Below, one piece after another: positions 23,269 through 33,278 of a stretch of 64,000 nt of DNA. This DNA is from Trypanosoma brucei. Lineage: Eukaryota. A model generated the notes under the pieces. It saw nothing but the letters and a program-made list of their open reading frames with translations, did not search any database and was not told where the DNA came from. Positions within the stretch are counted from its first letter, which is position 1. Every line of letters begins with the position of its first letter. The stretch spans positions 608,001 to 672,000 of the forward strand of contig AL929603.2 in assembly GCA_000002445.1 (NCBI GenBank). Reading direction: 5' to 3'. A program made the position numbers and the translations under genes.

Positions 23269-24888
23269 ATGCAAATGATGGGACGGGCCACAATGCATTT
23301 GCGCTCTGCTGCATCCTCTCTAGTTAGCAGGGCGCGACTCATCCCCAGCAGTTTCTTATGGCCTTGTTTAATACTCACGAAAGAATCGCTCCACGTGGGT
23401 GTTATTGCTTATCGCACATTTATCCATTCCCGCGTGCGGCTCGTGCTGCGGACCGCTGTTGGAGTACCCATCGCCTCCGTCTCGCTTTATCTTTCTTATG
23501 CCCTTTTCGCCTGGTATCCGGAGCCAACAGCTGCAGTGAGTACCGATTCCGTTGCTGACAGGCCGCTGTTGCGATGCACAAGTGATTTGCTTGAGTTTGG
23601 CCGCAGTTGTGCTGGTCGCTACCATCGTATCGAAAGCAACAGTACCGCAGGAATGACGGGTTGGGGAAGGAAACTCCCCGAGTCGGAAAGAAATGAAGTA
23701 GTGGGCGATGTGCTTTACATTCTGCGGTGTATAGAGGCCATTAGAGGAACCTTTGAGGAGCGGCAACTTGTAACACCTCGTGCGGATCATGGTGCCGCGT
23801 GTCCTGCGGAAGAACTGCTGCGGATTGTTTTGGCCATCTCCCTCGATCAGGAATGGTTTGATATTGTGGAGGCCGCTCGCGAGATGTTTGAGCAAGTCGT
23901 CAGGGACCGGCCGGTGCCTGTGCAGGCAAATGTGACCAGCGCTATTGCTGACCTTTGCGCACTTTCCTACGAACTGGAGCATTGCACGGACTCATCAGAG
24001 GTGACTGTAACCCAGCGGCAACGTGTGGCACGGGCTGTTGATTCCTTTCGTCCGGAAAAGTCTGTGCGGGAACTGTGCACCATCGCAGCTGAGATCGCCG
24101 TGCTTCCGCTCGTGGACCTTGACGAAACCACGCGTTGCCTCATGTTGACGCGAAATAGCCCGGGCTACCGTCCACAGCTTATCATAACATTCATTGGCAC
24201 GAATAGCTGGCGGAGTTGGTTGACAAACTTAAGATATTGGCCGAGAGCGCCTCCTGCTGGATTGTTCGGCACTCAACTTCGTGTTCACGCGGGCTTCTTG
24301 GAAATGTTGCAATCCATTCATTTCGCTGAGGCTGCGGAGGACTTTGATCAAATCATTCTCATTGGACACAGCATGGGTGGTGCTCTGGCGCAACTTGCTG
24401 GAGTGTGTCTTGCCAATGGTAAGTCGTCTCGTCGTGTCACAGTGCTGACAGTCGCGTCTCCCCGCGTATTTGCGGTTCGGCACGGCACTTTATGGCCCTT
24501 AAGGAGTTGGCTAAGTGGAACAGAACTGACAAAAAATGAGAAGGTTGTGATTGCAGGTGCTGAGGAAGGGAGGGAAATTGATGATGAAAAGAATCAACAT
24601 GTGCAATACAGCGACTGTGAGGCAGACGTGTCGCGGGCTCTCCCCGAAAACTACCGCCATATTCGAGTTTTTATGTATGCCGATGTGGTGCCGAAACTCC
24701 CCCCGGTGTTTCTGGGTTACCACCACGTCGGGACGCCGCTGCCGTTGCACACGGGTTGCCCGACACGCAAGTCATTTGTTGGTTGGGGACTGTGGTCCCA
24801 ATGTTTCCACAGTGCAGAAATGTATAAAGCCGTGCTTGAGCGGCCCGTCGTGGCGCAGCGGCAGCGGTATTACAAATCCTTATCATAA
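23269..24888 (+). CDS. class 3 (fungal-type) lipase-like alpha/beta hydrolase, 539 aa
   Basis: Nucleophile elbow 'IILIGHSMGGALAQLAGVCL' (GHSxG) preceded by 'LRVHAGFLEMLQS' is the canonical Lipase_3 arrangement. The N-terminus is hydrophobic/R-rich (possible targeting peptide). Confidence 0.7.
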   Translation: MQMMGRATMHLRSAASSLVSRARLIPSSFLWPCLILTKESLHVGVIAYRTFIHSRVRLVLRTAVGVPIASVSLYLSYALFAWYPEPTAAVSTDSVADRPLLRCTSDLLEFGRSCAGRYHRIESNSTAGMTGWGRKLPESERNEVVGDVLYILRCIEAIRGTFEERQLVTPRADHGAACPAEELLRIVLAISLDQEWFDIVEAAREMFEQVVRDRPVPVQANVTSAIADLCALSYELEHCTDSSEVTVTQRQRVARAVDSFRPEKSVRELCTIAAEIAVLPLVDLDETTRCLMLTRNSPGYRPQLIITFIGTNSWRSWLTNLRYWPRAPPAGLFGTQLRVHAGFLEMLQSIHFAEAAEDFDQIILIGHSMGGALAQLAGVCLANGKSSRRVTVLTVASPRVFAVRHGTLWPLRSWLSGTELTKNEKVVIAGAEEGREIDDEKNQHVQYSDCEADVSRALPENYRHIRVFMYADVVPKLPPVFLGYHHVGTPLPLHTGCPTRKSFVGWGLWSQCFHSAEMYKAVLERPVVAQRQRYYKSLS

Positions 24889-25364
24889 ATATGTGTTGCT
24901 CATGCGCAGCCCAAAACACGCATACGGTTACATATATATATTTATATATTTATATGTTCACGCCTATGCCAGTGTCTATGTGTATGTGTATTGCTGAGGT
25001 GCGATAGACAGCTCAAACGGGGTACCTTCCACCGTTGTTGATTATATATTTCTACTGTTTGAACGCTTGGAAAAATATTTTATTTCATTTCATGTACGTC
25101 ACCCGCCTTCCTTTGTCATGTTTTGGTGCTCTTGAAGGCTGGTAATCACCCCTTTCTTTTACATATTTTTCCTCGCTGACTAAATGTCAATAGTGGAAGG
25201 CGCAGCGCGTGCACTAATAGTAAAGGGAGAAGAGAAAGCAAAGAGAATAAATTCTGTCGCGCGAGTGAAACAGACGAGAAGGAAAACGAAAAGCGAAAGA
25301 GTATAGGCAGGCAGAAGGGGGGGAGAGAAGGAAGGATACAAAAAAAAAGGAAAAAGGAAGAGTC

Positions 25365-25871
25365 ATGGAGTCAGGGAAGAATGCTCACCGCCTGAACCGC
25401 ATCTTCCGCAAGCCCAAGACGATGGTGGCCCCACGTGCCTGGCGCCCAGCGGCAGATGGAGAAGGCGAACGGCAGCAGCCTTTCAGCGGTGTTTCGCTTC
25501 AACGGATAAACGCCATGATCAGCGAACTCTCCGAAGAGGAGCGAACTCGGGCGTTGGCCCAACAGGATCCCCCAACAGTCGTACAAGAGGAACTCGCCAA
25601 ACGGGCGGCGCGATTTGGCCTCACAATAGAGCGAGCAGACGCGGGCAACAATGAAAAGACGGCCTCGAGTGAAATTACACCAGAGGTGCAGGCGGTGTTT
25701 CAGAGACGCATGGAGCGATTTGGGCAGTCCGCGGCGGAGGAAGCCATGCAAAAACGCGTGGCTCGGTTTGGTAATGCAGCCACGTCTGCTGAAGGCCCCG
25801 GAGTGGAGCTGAAGTTGTCGGAAGCGGATCGTGAGGCAATGCAGCGCAGGCAGAGCCGCTTTGGGGGCTAA
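25365..25871 (+). CDS. small basic/acidic protein with four R-x-x-RFG repeats; SARNP/Tho1-like (possible mRNA export/TREX-associated factor), 168 aa
   Basis: Translation repeats: 'AKRAARFGLT', 'QRRMERFGQS', 'QKRVARFGNA', 'QRRQSRFGG*'. RxxRFG repeats are the hallmark of Tho1/SARNP C-terminal regions (from memory). A long antisense ORF (25371-25883) fully overlaps, so the strand choice rests on the repeat logic and synteny with neighbouring + strand genes. Confidence 0.45.
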   Translation: MESGKNAHRLNRIFRKPKTMVAPRAWRPAADGEGERQQPFSGVSLQRINAMISELSEEERTRALAQQDPPTVVQEELAKRAARFGLTIERADAGNNEKTASSEITPEVQAVFQRRMERFGQSAAEEAMQKRVARFGNAATSAEGPGVELKLSEADREAMQRRQSRFGG

Positions 25872-26815
25872 GGCGGCTAACAATCTCTAGAGGCAGGCCG
25901 ACTTACGCAACTGGGCGTCTCTTTTGGTGGTGTTGTGTGTTTGGTGGGGATAACTTTTGGTGGTGCTTTGTTTTGTTTTTGTTTTTGTTTTCTTTTTTTG
26001 GGAGCACTTTTGCTATTGTTACCCTCAATGTTCCTTTTTTTGTTTTTTTCTTCATTCGTTTCGTATACAAGCACACAGCGTTGTAGCTATTTCCGCCCGT
26101 CGTCACATAATTATGTGGGTTTCCATCTACCGATGTGGGGCCCGCGCGACTTTACCGCAGGCACAGAGAGGGAAAGAGGATGAGGAAGGCTTTGAGGCGG
26201 AGGTGGTAAAAGTTAAAGAGGATTAAGAGGAAGGAATCGGGAGGGAAAAAAGAGGGGGAAAGTGAAGCGGTGACGTAAGGGGAGAGATGACCCTGCACGT
26301 GCTTTGGCTGGTCGACTAATTGGGTTGGAGGGAAGAGGAATTAGGAAGAAAAGGGTAAGGAAAGAGGATATACATGCACGAACCGTCTGGGAAGTGTGGC
26401 GCCTAATTATTTATTTTTAACCCATCCCCATTTCTTGTTGTCTTCTCAGTGGTTCTTAATTTTTATAACTCCCCTACGCACTGTGAAAGCACTCACATCC
26501 TTCTCCCCTCCCCCCTCATATCAGTTGCCCTTTTTGTGCTTTTGGCATCACATGTCATGGTGCATATGTTCATCATATCCTCCGAGTCCGCCTGCGCGGG
26601 TCCACTTAACGCATCTGTAACATAAAAAGCATATAAACACACGGGCACAAACAACGTGTATTCCATGCGCGGGAATGCAGCCGGCACCCCCATGTCCCAC
26701 TGCTGTCGTGGAGACACAAACAAACGAGCGTCTCCCATTATTTTTGTTTTTGTTTTTGTTTTTGTTTTGCTCTTTACTTACCATCGAGCGAAGCAAAAAG
26801 TAACAGACAGTAGAA

Positions 26816-28027
26816 ATGTCGGTCAGTTCCCCGCTCGCCAGCAGCGGTGAGAGGGAGCAATATGGCCCGCAGGAACAGCGGCAATATGGATTCGTTCCCG
26901 TTCAAATGACAAATTTAGTTCCCGTACGCGTGGTCAGTGTGCACGGCGACTTTTTCGATATGGAAATACATCAGGACGCACCGCTGCATATAGTTCAGAG
27001 AGCAGCTGAGGACTGCTTTAAGGTCCGCCCTGAGTTGCAGTTACTGACGCACAACCGGAAGCCAATAAACCCCAATCAGTCTCTGAGGCGCAATGGTTGT
27101 CTGCTATTGAAAGGCGATCCGTTTGTCAAAATTGTGCTTGATGTGAAGAAGGGGTCAAGGCTAAACATTGTCTGCCAAATGGCCCACTGCGAACCCATAC
27201 CGCTCGCTTGCGAGGCTGAAGACACGATTTGGGATGTCAAAAAGAAGTTCTGCTCATCTTTAGAAAAGTCGGAGGTCACACCGCAGCGCATTCGCCTGTT
27301 GTGGCGCTACTGGGAGCTGAACGATAAGGCCACAGTTGACTATTACCACATCCCCACCAATTCAAAACTGACTGTGATGAAGAAACGGGACATCTTAGGG
27401 GGACAACAAACAGAAAGACGCAGGGCGCCCTCACAGAGACGGAGACAAGATGTCCAGAGACGTCACGAACGCTGCGACGCCGATACCGATGATGTGGCAG
27501 CGTGGCCGAAAGCACCATCAGTTGTTCCACCATACGAAAAGTATAGACAAGCATCCGGCCGTGAACCGCTGGAAGGCGAAGATAATCGCTCAAAAACGCC
27601 AAATGCGAATGGTAGCGCCCAAGTGGTGGAAGGTGGGGCGGATCGGGACAGCCATCATCCCCCAATTCGGGCGTGGCCCGCCTTGCCCCAAGAGCAATTT
27701 GGCCGGGCTGTAATTCCTCTTTATCCGATAGTCCCGCCCCTCTCCGGAGGAAGTTATTATAGAGAGCCTCGCGCACAAACGCCCGACAGGCGACCCGCCG
27801 TAGTGCCGGTGGCAGAGGCAACACAAGTTGTGGATTTTACCGAGGTTCAACGCCTGAGGATGGAGGTGGAGGAGTTAGGACGGCGTATGGAGACCTGCGT
27901 CACAGATCGGGCGGAGTTTTCGGCGATGGAGGAATCATTCCGCGCCGCTGTGACGCGAGTGTCGGAATTGGAGGCATCCGTTGGCCGGGTTCAGAACCTA
28001 CTGAAACGAGCGCTTCACTTGATGTGA
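26816..28027 (+). CDS. hypothetical protein with ubiquitin-like fold segment(s) and a C-terminal coiled coil, 403 aa
   Basis: 'EDTIWDVKKKFCSSLEKSEVTPQRIRLLWRYWELNDKATVDYYHIPTNSKLTVM' has the beta-grasp/ubiquitin-like pattern. The C-terminal 'QRLRMEVEELGRRMETCV...VSELEASVGRVQNLLKRAL' is heptad-like. This is the last + strand gene before the strand switch. Confidence 0.5.
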   Translation: MSVSSPLASSGEREQYGPQEQRQYGFVPVQMTNLVPVRVVSVHGDFFDMEIHQDAPLHIVQRAAEDCFKVRPELQLLTHNRKPINPNQSLRRNGCLLLKGDPFVKIVLDVKKGSRLNIVCQMAHCEPIPLACEAEDTIWDVKKKFCSSLEKSEVTPQRIRLLWRYWELNDKATVDYYHIPTNSKLTVMKKRDILGGQQTERRRAPSQRRRQDVQRRHERCDADTDDVAAWPKAPSVVPPYEKYRQASGREPLEGEDNRSKTPNANGSAQVVEGGADRDSHHPPIRAWPALPQEQFGRAVIPLYPIVPPLSGGSYYREPRAQTPDRRPAVVPVAEATQVVDFTEVQRLRMEVEELGRRMETCVTDRAEFSAMEESFRAAVTRVSELEASVGRVQNLLKRALHLM

Positions 28028-28504
28028 AGAGGGTATAACACGGTGTGTGGGTCTTGTGTTTTTCGTGGTGGGAGCACTGTGTTTGTAATGTGTATATTCC
28101 TGTTTCGTCACGTGTGTTTTACACGGAGATGAAGGAAGCATGACGCTGCGACTCTGCAAGTTTTGCTTAAGAGCACATATCACACACTCGAGGGTGTTGT
28201 GGGTCTGAGCGATTGAAGGGAGGGGAATAAAGTGGAGGGCAGCGGTCAGTCACGCTGCACGAGATCCCTGTTTCTCACATTCCTCTTCATCTGTGCCGTT
28301 CTTTCACTTCTGTCACCGACGGCCGCCGTTTGCCCATACCCCCCCCCCTCCCAATCCCTTTATTGTCCCTTCCTGAATATTACCAAACGCTGTGAAGCGG
28401 CGATTAGGATAGTAATACATGGTGTTGGATGATTGTACATCTGGGACTGGATCTCGAGTATCAGTTGTTCTACAGGTTTAGTGCATGTCGGACACGTAAA
28501 TGCG

Positions 28505-28508
<4 letters not shown>

Positions 28509-28540
<32 letters not shown>
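28509..28540. repeat. (CA)n microsatellite
   Basis: cacacacacacacacacacacacacacacacg read directly. Confidence 0.9.
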
Positions 28541-28541
<1 letters not shown>

Positions 28542-29376
28542 CACGGATACACCATTCCATGACGACGGCGGACACGTGACCTCCGTACAACAGGAAAGTG
28601 AATGGTCGGGAACTCGGTCGCTTAAAGTGGAACGACCAAGATGCCGGTGGGGGATGCAGTTAGTTTAAGGGAAAAAAATCTGTTACCGCGTAGGCTCTTC
28701 AGCAGTTAGCTCCGACTGCCCCACAGTTGCCACGCACGCCTGATTGCGGTGCCAGTGTGAACTGGGTTGTCTTTCCGGTGCCAGTAAAGGCAGAGCAAAC
28801 AGCAGTGACTCGCACCCGCTACTGCAAGAGCAAAAACTGGCACGTTTAGGTGACGTTGCGTTGCATCATCTCAAAACATGTTTCCACCACTTGCGGGAAG
28901 GTCCAGCAACCTCAGTTACAAAATTTTGCCGCGCGGCGAACTGGCACGCACACGTACAGCAGGGGTTTTTGCATCTCACCGGTGGAATTTCTGCCCCTCC
29001 ATGAAAGGATAGACAAAAAAAAGGAGGATCTCTCAAATGTCATGGCGCGGAGTCTTATGAGGAAGCGAAAATTAGAGGAAAACGGTTTAGCGAGCCTCTC
29101 CACGGGGACACCGTGCGTATGTTACAAAACAAGCTTTGGCGCGTTTACACACCACCCGCTGTAAGATGGCTATGGAGTGCGGACTTGGGAAAGACGGACT
29201 CACAGAATCCGTAGGAATGGACTGAAGGGAGGGGGGCGATGGAACAGCCAGAAAACAAGTCACAAGCGTGTCAACTTTTACCTAGCGACCCACACTGATT
29301 TCCCTCATCTGCCTTTGAGGTCGGAGCCCGCGAAAGTGATGGATGGGAAACACATCCTTAAGCGAGTAAGGAATAA

Positions 29377-29662
29377 AGAATGTCTCCTGCAGTTTCGGTG
29401 TGTATGGGCGTTTCGTGGCATAAGAGTCAGTTCGCGAATGCCTGTGCGGAAGCCCAACGAATACGACCCTACTACGCAGCTGCCTCAGCGCATGAACTGG
29501 TATCATGGCAACTGCCACGCGGTGGAAGAGGATTAAAGGCCTAAACAATTTGAGAGTGCTTTGTTAATATAAACAACGGGTAAAAATGTGATAACACTTG
29601 GCAGCATGCCATCAGCAGTATCATCCGCACTAATCTGCTGCTGGCCGGTGATGTGGAAGAGA
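29377..29662. repeat. left arm of a 286-bp perfect or near-perfect inverted repeat (partner 31561-31846)
   Basis: The reverse complement of 29377-29662 matches 31561-31846 base for base over every stretch I checked by hand. For example, 'cacttggcagcatgccatcagcagtatcatccgcactaatctgctgctggccggtgatgtggaagag' pairs with 'ctcttccacatcaccggccagcagcagattagtgcggatgatactgctgatggcatgctgccaagtg'. The same 88-aa translation also appears on opposite strands (ORFs 29282-29548 - and 31675-31857 +). Confidence 0.9.
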
Positions 29663-31560
29663 GGGGAAGGCAGGGGGTGTTGTCTCCAGTGAAGGAGAGG
29701 TCCATCACGTTGCTTACCCGATTTGCTTTCGGAAACGTGGCCGCATCTGTGCTTGCTTCCGTCTCGCTCCCTCAGTGGCGAGGGGTCCTTGTCTCTTCCC
29801 TAATGCTACCGCGATGTCTCGAGTTCTGTGCTCTTGCTTGTGGTGCGTTGTGGATTCGCCCCTCGATTTCGTTGTGTGATCACATTCCCGATTTTTGGGT
29901 GGAAGTTGTGTCCTTCTGTCTTTCCGAACTCCGGACGCTTCTCTTCCCTTCTTCAAATGCACTATTGCACTCATTGGGTACAGTTGCCGTGGAGTTACAT
30001 TCGGGTGCCGGACTCTTCGGTGGTTTGTTAATCCACCCTTGGACTTGGGTACAAAAGAACACAGGGCACACTGAAGAGTGTTCTCCGATTCTGTTGTTTG
30101 TTCACTTCCCTCTGGGTTTTCTGTTGTTCCGCGCGGTGGTGCTACACCCGAGTGTGCGGTCTCTCTGTGCCTTGTTTGCCAAGTCTTCGATTTGAAGGTC
30201 CTCTCGCAGATCAAGCAGGGATACATAATAGTATCCGCAGCGGTTTGCGGTGTTTCTGTGTTTGGCGGCGGTTCGGGAGGTGGGAGGGCCAAATTGGAAT
30301 CCTCCTCCATCTCCTCGCGGGAATTCGAGTCGCCGTTTGCCCTGCTCGTATGGCACTCCATGGGTTCGTTGCATGTGTATAGCGCCATTTTGCCGGTCCG
30401 AGCATCGCAGCCCACAAATTGGGCAAACTGTTGGATCGCTTGCACGTGTGGATGTTGGTCTCACACTCACGAGCTCCACTGTCTGGCTTTTTGCCACATT
30501 GCACCACCATTTCCATGTGTTGGGGATATTAGGGTTCAATTTCCTGTCCAACCCACCCGTACGTAGGTGATGCACCCGTGCGGAGTTGAGTGAGTAGGGT
30601 TTATTCCTTTCTGGACAGCGAGGTCTTGAGGTTTGTGTTCTTCCAGTGTCCAGTAAGTGTGGCCCTATGTGTTTGTGGCTTTTCCCTTGTAGTGCGCAGC
30701 AGCCTTTTCGCTGCTGCAACCACATCCGGTATCCATGCAGTTCGCATTTGTGGTTGCTCTGCTGTGTCAGCTTGCTCATTACCCGCTATTCCACAGTGAC
30801 CAAATATGAACTGAATACGAATCCGTCCTCCTTTACTTTGGAGTTGGATGAGTAGTGTCCATATTTAGCGCAGTACTGTGTCCGTAACTGTAAGCGGGCC
30901 CGTGTGCAGAGCTGCTACCATTGACCATGAGTCCGTAAATATCAATAATCGGAAGTTTTGTTTTTCTGCTTTATCGATCTCTTTGGACAGTTGTTTCAGG
31001 CCAATTATTAGGACTACACATTCAGCTCTATAGCTGCATGCAAGTCGTCCCGTTCCTTCGAGCACTTTGTGCAGGAGTTTGCCATTCTTGACGATGAGAG
31101 CTGCCGCTCCTGATTTTCCTCCAGTGTTACAGATCCGTCTGTCCACACTTCGTAGTGTGATAGAACGACAGGGTTATTGCCCTTTTCTTCTAATAACGGC
31201 GCTTTATCCATCTTTCGGATGTCTCACGTTTGAGTTCTTCCTCCGAGTCTCTCTTCACATTCGGGGGAATGGCGTAGTGAAACAGACATCTGTTCGCTGT
31301 ATCCAGAAATATGGACACCACTCTGTGGTGTATGCGGATTCTACCTGAAGTTGTGGGTATTCTTTCTTCACATTAAGTAGAAGTTGACGAACAGGACGAG
31401 TGGGGTTATACACCAGCGTTGAGCTCTCATTTAGGGCACCCCCACTGGATCCGCAGCATAATAGGTAGACTACTCCTCGGAGTGTTGCCTCTTCACGTAA
31501 TCTCTCCTTGAGTTTGCCCAGCGCAGTTCCACCGCGCCCCGCTCAACGACGGGCCAATAT
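29663..31560 (-). mobile_element. degenerate 3' fragment of an ingi/L1Tc-clade non-LTR retroposon (DIRE-like): RNase H domain plus C-terminal C2H2 zinc-finger region, frameshifted
   Basis: - strand ORF 31014-31211 contains 'VWTDGS' (RNase H N-terminal motif). ORF 30865-31146 contains 'LLIFTDSWSMVAAL' (RNase H core). ORFs 30102-30779 and 29714-30445 contain C2H2 fingers: 'VCPICGLRCSDRQNGAIHMQRTHG' and 'YPCLICERTFKSKTWQTRHRETAHSG'. The domains lie in different frames, which indicates decay. Domain order (RNase H then ZF) matches the L1Tc/ingi ORF C-terminus (established knowledge). There is no intact RT or endonuclease. Confidence 0.6.
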
Positions 31561-31846
31561 TCTCTTCCACATCACCGGCCAGCAGCAGATTAGTGCGGAT
31601 GATACTGCTGATGGCATGCTGCCAAGTGTTATCACATTTTTACCCGTTGTTTATATTAACAAAGCACTCTCAAATTGTTTAGGCCTTTAATCCTCTTCCA
31701 CCGCGTGGCAGTTGCCATGATACCAGTTCATGCGCTGAGGCAGCTGCGTAGTAGGGTCGTATTCGTTGGGCTTCCGCACAGGCATTCGCGAACTGACTCT
31801 TATGCCACGAAACGCCCATACACACCGAAACTGCAGGAGACATTCT
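31561..31846. repeat. right arm of the 286-bp inverted repeat; its distal 68 bp (31778-31846) is also the first bases of the transporter tandem-repeat unit
   Basis: See the left-arm entry. 31778 onward ('acaggcattcgcgaactgactcttatgccacgaaacgcc...') recurs at 35773, 39771 and 43774. Confidence 0.9.
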
Positions 31847-33278
31847 GTTGCTGCTAGCCCCACGGTGGATGATGGGCCATCTCACACTCCCACAACTGTG
31901 CCTTAATGTACAACACGGAAAGTACAGCAAGAAGACGCAGCGGCCACCAACTCTTTCGCAACGTTGCGTAACCACGTTGATATCCTCTCGGATCAGCAGA
32001 AAACTTTCGCCCGCTGATTGCCCGACCTACACCTCAACATTGTTATCGGCGGAAGGAAGCACCACCGAGAATCTCAAATATAATCACCGTGGTCCCACCA
32101 CCACTTTCAGCGCTACAGCTTCTAATCCCATCATCTTTCCCAATTAATATCCCCCTTACTCAAATATGCATCCCCCTGGGGCATGCCATCGTAATAGATA
32201 ATATAAACCTTACCCCTCCACATCAGAAATGGAGGCATCATCCAAGTTATATCCCATGTTACAACCCACCCTCCTCATCCTCACAGGACATATCGTTTGT
32301 TATCCAACCAGCAAGAGCGCAATATTCTCTCATGTCCCCCTTTTGTTTCTGGTCAGTCCAACAGTTGCAAAACTAACAAATTTCGACCCCGTATTCTTGT
32401 GGTCGAGGAATGGAACAAAGCATATGCAACGCTCACTGAAAGCGGCATGACGCCACACTAGAGAAACTATACCAGCATCGATAGTAGTCAAACACTGGGT
32501 GGGATAATAACAGCCAACATGTGCATCCAAATAACCCTTTTTCCTCCTATGCAAGCCTAAATCAGCCAACAGAAAACAAGAGGCAGCGCAATGATAACAA
32601 AGGAAGGTTAGGGGGCACCACCTGTACATAACGAGAGCAGCAGCAAGCAACGGTAAAGGAAGGAGGTTGTGATGCTGCCAAATAGTTGGGAGCACTCAAC
32701 AGCAGAAAATAAAACAAGAAAAGGTAAACAAAATGAAACGGTAAGAAAATGAAGAAAATAATAAGTAAGGTGCTCTGGAAGAAAATAAATATAATATGTA
32801 GAGTACAACATTATGACTAAAGAACGAAACTACGAGAAAATAAAACACCATTGACATGGAGGAAAGTTAGACATCAAAAGAAAAGCACCAGCGGCCACAC
32901 AGTGCGAGCACACGGGTAAGCTGAGTTTGCGTCTATTTGCACAATACGTGCTTTGACTTCCAAAGACGGACACAAGTGCGCGCTGATTTCATGAGTGAGG
33001 AACGAAGTGGTGTTGCAGATTTATAACAAAAGTCACAGAGGAGAAATAATAGGGTGGTAATATAAATAAAAGGGTAAGTTACGGCACCGAGAGTGACTTT
33101 TCACAATTTCTTGGAAAGTAGAAATAAAAGGAGCAATGCTCCGTACAACAATGTTGAGGTGCTGATGCAAAGGAAAACAACATATTCATGTATTTGTTAA
33201 GGGAGAAAAGTAATAAGAATTCGTTTTCAATATTATTGCACGGCCCACCTGACATTAGTGCCAACGATACGAGCCGCG

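Larger units (their letters stand above)
28028..33278. other. convergent strand-switch region (inferred transcription-termination zone) between the + strand unit and the - strand transporter array
   Basis: All supported CDS left of 28027 are + strand; all supported CDS from 33279 to 43238 are - strand. No tRNA gene is recognisable. The region contains the retroposon relic and the inverted repeat. Confidence 0.7.

Noticed and set aside
25371-25883. 170-aa - strand ORF fully overlapping the RFG-repeat gene
   Set aside because: All neighbouring genes are + strand within one polycistron, and the + frame yields a periodic, biologically sensible motif. The - frame is retained only as an uncertainty (see findings).
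28028-29376. Looked for tRNA genes (common at T. brucei convergent strand-switch regions) here and in 43.9-48.6 kb
   Set aside because: I found no GTTCGAATC/GTTCRANYC T-loop box with an appropriately spaced A-box and acceptor stem. tRNAscan-SE should be run to confirm absence.
29653-30195. 180-aa + strand ORF and 29177-29536 + ORF in the convergent region
   Set aside because: The first is antisense to the retroposon zinc-finger ORFs. The second overlaps the inverted-repeat arm, whose mirror copy also 'encodes' an ORF. No motifs are present.
31848-32450. ORFs of about 70-120 aa repeated identically in every array unit (e.g. 31848-32147, 32089-32376, 32330-32695 -)
   Set aside because: Their repetition is explained by the 4-kb tandem duplication, not by selection. 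They lie in the transporter 3'/5' flanks and have no motifs.
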